Positions 57,994 to 64,000 of a stretch of 64,000 nt of DNA are shown piece after piece. The notes beneath the pieces are model-generated. The model did no database searches. It had not been told where the DNA came from and was given only the letters and a program-made list of their open reading frames with translations. The first letter of the stretch is position 1. The number at the start of each line of letters is the position of its first letter. Made by a program: the position numbers and the translations under genes. This DNA is from a bacterium. GTDB lineage: Bacteria; RBG-13-61-14; DATKZS01. Where the stretch lies: contig CAXXFL010000005.1 of the NCBI GenBank assembly GCA_963674965.2, positions 736,001 to 800,000 on the forward strand, read 5' to 3'.

Positions 57994-58665
57994 TCAGCTT
58001 ATCTCGAGCCTTCCCTTTTCCATGCCTATCAGCCTGGTCCCGTACTCCTTGAGCGCCGGGTTGTGGGTGGTTAACAGGACGGTGGCGCCCTCCTCGTTGG
58101 CCCGCTTAATCATGGCCATGATTACGGACTCGGTCGCTTTATCCAGGTCTCCCGTCGGCTCGTCGCAAAGCAGGAGCCTGGGTCCGGTGACAAGCGCCCG
58201 GGCGATGCACACGCGACGCTTTTGTCCCTCCGACAGCTCGCTCGAGAAGGCCTTTTCCCGGCCTTTAAGTCCGACCTCGACGAGAAGGGCCATGGCGTCG
58301 GCCAGGGCCTTTTCCGACGTCCTGTCGTCTCGGCTGAAGCGGAGGGGAAGGAGCACGTTCTCGAGGGCGTTTAAAGTCGGAAGCATGCTCTGGAACTGGA
58401 AGGCGAAGCCGATGGTCCTCGCCCGAAAGCGGGAGAGGGCCGAGTCGGGCATGGCAAGAAGGTCCTTTCCGGCGACCGTGATGGAACCTTTATCGGGCCG
58501 GGTCATGCCCCCGATCAGGTTCAGAAGCGTGGTCTTGCCGCTGCCGGAAGGTCCGGTTATGACGGCGAACGCGCCGGGCTCGATCCGCAGATCGGCGTTC
58601 TCCACCGCGGGTATCGATCCCTCGCCCGCGCCGTAAACCTTGGATACTCCATCAAGGAGGATCAT
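57994..58665 (-). CDS. ABC transporter ATP-binding protein (LolD/MacB type)
   Basis: GPSGSGKTT, LSEGQ, LLCDEPTG. Confidence 0.92.
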   Translation of the reverse strand: MILLDGVSKVYGAGEGSIPAVENADLRIEPGAFAVITGPSGSGKTTLLNLIGGMTRPDKGSITVAGKDLLAMPDSALSRFRARTIGFAFQFQSMLPTLNALENVLLPLRFSRDDRTSEKALADAMALLVEVGLKGREKAFSSELSEGQKRRVCIARALVTGPRLLLCDEPTGDLDKATESVIMAMIKRANEEGATVLLTTHNPALKEYGTRLIGMEKGRLEIS

Positions 58666-59879
58666 TCTCCCCTCCTTATCGCCTCGTAAGGCTCCATGTT
58701 CGCCGCCGACGCCGCCGGGTGAAGCGCGGCGAGAGCGCCGGTCAAAAGAGAAAGGAAAAAGGCGACCGCCGCCGCCGAGGCGAGGGCCGAATTCTCAGGC
58801 CAGTAAAAGGGGACCTCGAGCGAGAGCGAGATGGCGCGGGAGAAGGCCGCCACCAGGCCGATCGAGACAAGGCACCCCAGCGCCGCTCCCGCCGCCGCGA
58901 TTATCGATGCCTCGGCCAATATGGACCGGAACACGAACCACCTGGTGGCCCCCAGCGCCCGGAGGAGTCCTATCTCCCGCCTTTTCTCCGACGCGCTCAT
59001 GGCGAAGACCAGGCCGATGAATATGGCCGTAATGGGCCAGATGGCGTAGCCGGCGGACCGAAGGCTCTTCAGTGTCCCCGACATGTTGGCGCTCAGCTTC
59101 TTGGAAACGTCCAGCGGCTGGATCACGCTGATTTCCTTGATGGCCATCTCCAACTCGTAGGCGGCTTTCCAGTCGGGCAGGCCTCCTTCCTCCTCGGGCT
59201 TTAGCTTGATGGTGATGGCCGATACGCGGTCGGGAGGAAGATCGAGTTTCTTCTCCGCCTTGACTCCCGACTCGGCCGCCATGAGGTATGCCGATCGGTT
59301 GGGAATAAAGACGGCGGAATCCAGGCCCATGCCGGAGGGCGCCAGGACTCCCGCCACGGTAAAGGGCCGGCCGTAGAACCTGACCGTCTGTCCTTCCTCG
59401 AAGCCGAGGGCGGGGCCCACCAGTATCTGGTCAGGTCCAATCCGGCGGGAGGGGTCGGCGCTGAGCCAGGGACGGATGGTGAAGTCGGTCTCGGGATCGA
59501 AACCGATGAGGAAGACGCTCCAGGCCGAGCAGCACGACGCCCCGGAAAGGCTCTTGATGAAGACCTGGCTCGAGACCTTTTCCACGAAGTCCATTGCCGC
59601 CACGCGGCCGAGAAGGGCGCGGTCCATGTAAAAAAGCGAGGCCTCGCCGGTCATGTATGTGTCGGTAAGGGCCCCGTCCTCTCCCCGGGGCACGGCGACC
59701 AGGTCGGCGCCCAGGCGCTCGAGGCCTATCTCGAGGCCCCGCCTTCCCGCGGCGTCGATTAAAAAGGCCGCCAATTGAAGGCCCGTCACGGCGGCGACGC
59801 ATAACACAAGCAGGCCGTGCCGGACGGGACGTCGGGCCAAGTCCCGGAGCGCCAGGGACGGCGCGGCTTTTATGGTCAT
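58662..59879 (-). CDS. ABC transporter permease (FtsX/MacB type)
   Basis: RLGADL.AVP, E.RREIGLLRALGA, P.EAIR. Start ATG 59879. Confidence 0.85.
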   Translation of the reverse strand: MTIKAAPSLALRDLARRPVRHGLLVLCVAAVTGLQLAAFLIDAAGRRGLEIGLERLGADLVAVPRGEDGALTDTYMTGEASLFYMDRALLGRVAAMDFVEKVSSQVFIKSLSGASCCSAWSVFLIGFDPETDFTIRPWLSADPSRRIGPDQILVGPALGFEEGQTVRFYGRPFTVAGVLAPSGMGLDSAVFIPNRSAYLMAAESGVKAEKKLDLPPDRVSAITIKLKPEEEGGLPDWKAAYELEMAIKEISVIQPLDVSKKLSANMSGTLKSLRSAGYAIWPITAIFIGLVFAMSASEKRREIGLLRALGATRWFVFRSILAEASIIAAAGAALGCLVSIGLVAAFSRAISLSLEVPFYWPENSALASAAAVAFFLSLLTGALAALHPAASAANMEPYEAIRRGE

Positions 59880-60292
59880 GGAAGCTTTCGCGCGACCAGC
59901 AGGCCGCCCGCTCCCGCCACCGCCATGATGAAAGTCAGAATCCACAGCGCGGGCAGGGTACCCGTGAGGCAGGGCATGGTCTTGACCTTGCACATTCCGG
60001 TGATGGCCGTGGGAAAGAGTATGACCAGGACGGCCAGGACCATGGTGGCCGCGGCCGCGCCAAGGGCGGCCTTCTTGCGCGGCCAGACGATGGGCACGAA
60101 GCCGACCCCGATGGTCACGAGGCCAAGGACAGTCTCGGCTTTCAAGGTCTTGTGGCATCCATGTACGCCGATGGGCGTACCGGGGGGAGGAGCGTGGCGG
60201 CCCTTGCCGCAAACGGGAAAGATATACCAGGGCGTCAGAATAATCAGAAGACCAAGAACGACGATCACCGCGCCAAAAGCCTTTCCTTGCAT
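59876..60292 (-). CDS. DUF4418 family membrane protein
   Basis: FPVC, CH.T..AE, G.C....M.C...T.PAL; four TM segments. Confidence 0.75.
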   Translation of the reverse strand: MQGKAFGAVIVVLGLLIILTPWYIFPVCGKGRHAPPPGTPIGVHGCHKTLKAETVLGLVTIGVGFVPIVWPRKKAALGAAAATMVLAVLVILFPTAITGMCKVKTMPCLTGTLPALWILTFIMAVAGAGGLLVARKLP

Positions 60293-60356
60293 CGGATACT
60301 CCCCCTTCAAACAGGCCGCGTCTGACGGCGCCTTTTCGGCTCGAGGAAGGCGGGAC

Positions 60357-61463
60357 TTATTTCCCCCGCCTCTCCTTCAGCCAGTCCCTGGCGTACTCCT
60401 CGGCGTCCACTCCCTCTATCTCTTGCACGTCCTTGAAGAAATCCACCAGGGCCTTAAGGTCCTCGCCCATTTCCTCGTAAAGATCGCGGTACAAACCGAG
60501 ATCGTGAAAATATACCGCCCGCGAGATAACGGTGGCGTTGTTAATCTCCTTGTCCGGCCAGCCCTTGTACTGGTCGGTTTCCATGGCGGGAAGGACCTCC
60601 TCCCTGAAATGACGCTTATGCTCTCCGATCATCTCCTCTTTCAAGCGCCGCTTCTCCGGGTCGGACGCGTCGCTTTTATACATGGCGTCAAGCTCGTCGT
60701 AAAAGGACATGATCTCGCGGGAAAAGGTCTCGTCGTCCACCTTGCTTCCCTTGGCGTAGGCCGCCTCCTCCGAGTCCTCGCCCCGGCGATCGGCCAAGTA
60801 ATTGTACGAGCCCTGGTTGCCCACGAAGAGGGCCAGGTTCTCGTTGAAGTCCATCTGTCCCTTGATGAACACGGTGGCGTGGGTCATCTCGTGAATGACC
60901 AGGTTGGCGAGCTGATCGTCGCGGTAGCGCAAAAGCGGCGAGTAAAGCGGGTCGGCCACGATGCCGAGCATCGAGTATGCGCCCGCGGTCCTGACGTACA
61001 CGTCGTATCCCTGTTCCTCGAGGGCCTTCTCCTTGGCGTCGGCCTGGGCCTTTTTGAAGAACCCCAGGTAGGGCACGTTTCCCACCACCGGAAAATCCCA
61101 GGTAAGAGGGGTGAGGCTGAGCGGCTCCGAGGCCGTAAGGTTGTAGACCACGGCGTCGCGGTCCAGCTCGACGTAGATTTCGTAGTTCTTGTTCCGGAAA
61201 AGTCCCAGTTCCTCGACGCCGTACTTTTTGACGTCGAGCACCAGCTCGAGTTTCCTTCTGACCTCGGGGTCGAGGTCGGGGTCGGCCAGGACCTTTTCAA
61301 AGGGGACGCGGTCCATCAGGAGCGCCAGCTGGCCGGGCGCCACCTTCATGAGGTATCTTAGTTCCTCGTCTTTGCACCCTGAAAAGCAAAAACAGATAAG
61401 TACGAAAAACGTGACTATCGGCTTATAAAAAATCTTCCTGGCCAAGTTCTGGCGTCCGAGCAT
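60357..61463 (-). CDS. Predicted zinc aminopeptidase (DUF2265-like) lipoprotein
   Basis: W.FPVVG.VPY.GFF, AYS.LG...DP, IHEMTH, FNE.LA.FVG, NNA; lipobox FSGC. Confidence 0.8.
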   Translation of the reverse strand: MLGRQNLARKIFYKPIVTFFVLICFCFSGCKDEELRYLMKVAPGQLALLMDRVPFEKVLADPDLDPEVRRKLELVLDVKKYGVEELGLFRNKNYEIYVELDRDAVVYNLTASEPLSLTPLTWDFPVVGNVPYLGFFKKAQADAKEKALEEQGYDVYVRTAGAYSMLGIVADPLYSPLLRYRDDQLANLVIHEMTHATVFIKGQMDFNENLALFVGNQGSYNYLADRRGEDSEEAAYAKGSKVDDETFSREIMSFYDELDAMYKSDASDPEKRRLKEEMIGEHKRHFREEVLPAMETDQYKGWPDKEINNATVISRAVYFHDLGLYRDLYEEMGEDLKALVDFFKDVQEIEGVDAEEYARDWLKERRGK

Positions 61464-61533
61464 AAATGACCTCCAATCGCGCCGTTTGGTCAATTCTATT
61501 ACTTGTGGATGGGCAGGGCAAGAAGGTCGGGTA

Positions 61534-62406
61534 TTATTTTTTCAGGTCGTCTTTTTTCCTGAGGACGACCTTTCTCGAGGGAGGGGCCTCGGTCTTTTTA
61601 GCGGACGTCTTCTTTTTCGACGCTTTGGCCTTGGCGGCCTTCTTGGGTTTGGCGGCTTTTTTCCTTTCCTTCTTGGCGTCACCGACGATTTTTTTAAGGA
61701 CCTTTATTTCCTTTTCGTCCAGGTAGCGGAACTCTCCCGGCGCCAGTTCTCCAAGCTTGAGGGGACCCAGGCCCACGCGCTTGAGCTTGAGCACGGGGTT
61801 GCCCACCGCCTCGCACATCCTTCTTATCTGCCGGGTCCGGCCCTCGCTGATGGTCATCTCGATCCAGGAATGGTAGCCGCCTCCCTTGCTCCTCCTTACG
61901 AACTTGGCCCGCGACGGCTTGAGGGGAGGCCCGCCGACGTCGGGTCCGGCTTTGAGCTTGTTCAGCGCGACCTGGGGGATTTTTCCCTGCACCTTGACCA
62001 TGTAGGTCTTGGCCACCTTGGAAGAAGGATGGGTCAGGAACCTGGCCAGCTCTCCGTCGCTGGTCATGACCAAAAGGCCGGAGGTCGCGTAATCGAGCCG
62101 TCCGACCGGAAACACCCTGGCCTTGACCTTTTTCATGAGGTCCATGACCGTCGGCCGGCCCTCCGGGTCGCTGGTGGTGGTCACGTAACCCTCGGGCTTG
62201 TGGAGCATGAAATACAGGAGCTCGCCCTGGCCGATGATGGCCTTCCCGTCCACCAGTATCTCGTCACGGGCCGGGTCGGCCTTGGCGCCCAGCTCGGTCA
62301 CGGCCAGGCCGTTCACGCTTACCCGGCCCTCGAGTATCCATTTCTCGGCCTGTCGGCGGGAGGCGAGTCCGGCCGAGGCGATTATCTTTTGCAGTCTCTC
62401 TTCCAT
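61534..62406 (-). CDS. rluB: rRNA pseudouridine synthase, RluB/RsuA family
   Basis: ERLQK.IA.AG.ASRR, KP.G, VGRLD..TSGLL, EGR.RQIRRM. Confidence 0.9.
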   Translation of the reverse strand: MEERLQKIIASAGLASRRQAEKWILEGRVSVNGLAVTELGAKADPARDEILVDGKAIIGQGELLYFMLHKPEGYVTTTSDPEGRPTVMDLMKKVKARVFPVGRLDYATSGLLVMTSDGELARFLTHPSSKVAKTYMVKVQGKIPQVALNKLKAGPDVGGPPLKPSRAKFVRRSKGGGYHSWIEMTISEGRTRQIRRMCEAVGNPVLKLKRVGLGPLKLGELAPGEFRYLDEKEIKVLKKIVGDAKKERKKAAKPKKAAKAKASKKKTSAKKTEAPPSRKVVLRKKDDLKK

Positions 62407-62417
62407 GTTTTTCCTGG

Positions 62418-63950
62418 TTACGCGCGTCCGGGCCCGGCGTTTTTTCTCGCTTTGTCTTTTTCACCGCGGAGCAGGCGCTTCTTCAGCTCGGCCAGGCCCG
62501 GACTCAGGGCGACGGCGTATCTTTCCGGGTTGCGAAGCCGCTTCATCTCCACGATGAGAGATGATATAGACGCCTGGGCCTTGTCCCTTATCTCCTCTAC
62601 CGACGGCATGGGCGCCGTGATCTTTCCGCCTTCCATTACCTTATTTAGAAGTGGCCTTACCCTGGCGGCCTCGAACTCGTATTCATGGAGCGGGTTCATC
62701 CTGTCGAGGGCGTGGATGGTTCCCCCCGCGGGTATGTCCTCATCGAGAGCGTAGAGCACGTCCGCCAGGGGATGGCCCGAGGAATCGAGCAGCCGAGCAA
62801 CCCGCTTGCGGTCGGGGTCGGTGGTCTTTTCCGGGGTCGAGGCGATCTTCAGACGCGGAGACCACTCGCCTTTTTCCATTACCGCCACTATCTTATACAC
62901 GCCGCCCAGGGCCGGATAATCATAAGAGGTGATAAGATGGGTGCCCACCCCCCAGGCGTTGATCCTGGCCCCCTGCCGCTTTAGGTCCGCGATAAGGTCG
63001 GCGTCCAGGTCGTTGGACGCCACGATCATGGGGTCCTTGAAGCCGGCCTCCGACATCATGCGGTGGGCCTCCTTCGAGAGACGGGCCAGGTCGCCCGAGT
63101 CCAGACGGATGGCCGCGCGCACGGAGGGATTGTTTTTCCTCAGCTCCTTGAAGGCGGCGATGGCGTTGGGCACGCCGCTTTTCAGGGTGTCGTAGGTATC
63201 GACCAGCATGATGGACGAGTTGGGGAAGACCCTGGCGTAGGCGCGGAAGGCCTCGAGCTCCGAGCCGTGACTCATGACCCAGGAATGGGCGTGCGTGCCC
63301 CGGACGGGAATGCCGTAGGCCTTGCCCGCCAGGACGTTCGAGGTCCCCGAGCAGCCGCCTATGTAGGCCGCCCGCGAGCCTGACAAGCCGCCGTCGGGCC
63401 CTTGCGCACGCCTCAGGCCGAACTCGAGGACCGGGTCGCCCTCCGCCGCCAGGCAAATCCTGGCCGCCTGGGTGGCGATGAGGGTCGGGTAGTTGAGCGC
63501 GTTTAAAAGGTAGGTCTCGACCAACTGGGCCGACGCCAGCGGGCCCTCGACCCGGAGAAGAGGCTCGCCGGGGAAAACGACCTCCCCCTCCTCCATGGCC
63601 CACACGTCCACCTCGGGCTTGAAGCGGGACAAGAACTCGATAACCTCGCCGTCAAAGCCGGCCGACTCGCGAAGATACTCGAGGTCGGACTCGCTGAACC
63701 TTAGCTTCTCGAGGCCGGAAAGGGCCTGCTCGAGACCGGCGAAAACGCCGAAGCCCGCGTGGGAGGGAAGCTCGCGGAAAAAGTACTCGAAGGCCGAGCG
63801 CTTCTCGTGGACCCCCGTTTTAAGGTAGCCCGCGATCATGGTGAGCTGGTAAAGGTCGGTACAAAGCGCCATGCCCTCGCGCCCGACCCACGGTAAAAGC
63901 GGCTCTTTGATCTTCTTCATCGCCTCGGCAAGAAGCCGTCCTCCATTCAC
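62418..63950 (-). CDS. pncB: Nicotinate phosphoribosyltransferase
   Basis: TDLYQLTM, EFGLRRAQG, GTHAHSW, LVDTYD, IRLDSGD, SNDLD, GVGT. Confidence 0.95.
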   Translation of the reverse strand: MNGGRLLAEAMKKIKEPLLPWVGREGMALCTDLYQLTMIAGYLKTGVHEKRSAFEYFFRELPSHAGFGVFAGLEQALSGLEKLRFSESDLEYLRESAGFDGEVIEFLSRFKPEVDVWAMEEGEVVFPGEPLLRVEGPLASAQLVETYLLNALNYPTLIATQAARICLAAEGDPVLEFGLRRAQGPDGGLSGSRAAYIGGCSGTSNVLAGKAYGIPVRGTHAHSWVMSHGSELEAFRAYARVFPNSSIMLVDTYDTLKSGVPNAIAAFKELRKNNPSVRAAIRLDSGDLARLSKEAHRMMSEAGFKDPMIVASNDLDADLIADLKRQGARINAWGVGTHLITSYDYPALGGVYKIVAVMEKGEWSPRLKIASTPEKTTDPDRKRVARLLDSSGHPLADVLYALDEDIPAGGTIHALDRMNPLHEYEFEAARVRPLLNKVMEGGKITAPMPSVEEIRDKAQASISSLIVEMKRLRNPERYAVALSPGLAELKKRLLRGEKDKARKNAGPGRA

Positions 63951-63972
63951 GCGCCCGGAAAAAACCCGGTCG

Positions 63973-64000
63973 TCAGGCCAGGTCCGTTGACTGGACCATG
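63973..64000 (-). CDS. 3' end of an upstream gene (partial)
   Basis: ...MVQSTDLA* ends just before pncB; too short to identify. Confidence 0.3.

Noticed and set aside
59817-62754. Long antisense ORFs (59817-61361, 61486-62754 and similar)
   Set aside because: Shadow ORFs of high-GC coding genes with no recognisable motifs.
1-64000. CRISPR array, tRNA, rRNA, riboswitch, integrase or prophage
   Set aside because: None recognised by eye. An Rfam/tRNAscan search would be needed to exclude structured RNAs in the intergenic regions near 33.8, 44.0 and 54.7 kb.

Overview
A ~60% GC bacterial chromosome segment. The gene content (hemL, rarA, trkAH, rluB, pncB, HDOD, HD-GYP, sigma54 and sigma28 promoters, archerase-type ATPases) looks like an anaerobic deltaproteobacterium-like lineage; this is inference only. 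Blocks in order: (1) 1-9.5 kb: GH172/DUF2961, a GT-C, nagB, a cNMP-binding protein, a GH75 chitosanase-like lipoprotein, an ImmA/IrrE-type pseudogene and an LRR protein. (2) 9.3-18 kb: a fliC-flaG-fliD-fliS-fliT-like cassette with two sigma28 promoters, bracketed by two inverted 186-bp MITE-like elements, then an HDOD gene and a sigma54-driven MTase-GT2-GT2-TPR glycosyltransferase. (3) 18-24.4 kb: GT-C x2, a PIG-L deacetylase and a membrane AlkP-superfamily enzyme. (4) 25.5-33.2 kb: a 2-hydroxyacyl-CoA dehydratase/benzoyl-CoA reductase-like four-gene unit followed by a truncated acetyl-CoA synthase-like protein and a CooC/AcsF ATPase, plus a third activase. (5) 39-44 kb: a DUF4384 protein, a CHASE2 adenylate cyclase and a secreted caspase-ankyrin protein. 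(6) 49-54.7 kb: a polysaccharide operon. (7) HEAT/HD-GYP pair, ABC-DUF4418 module and housekeeping genes. Best candidates for undescribed biology: the dehydratase/reductase plus mini-ACS plus CooC operon; the extracytoplasmic caspase-CHASE2 cyclase module; and a MITE inserted in an LRR gene whose terminal repeat now offers a new in-frame start codon and RBS. All family assignments come from motif recognition by eye; no database search was run.
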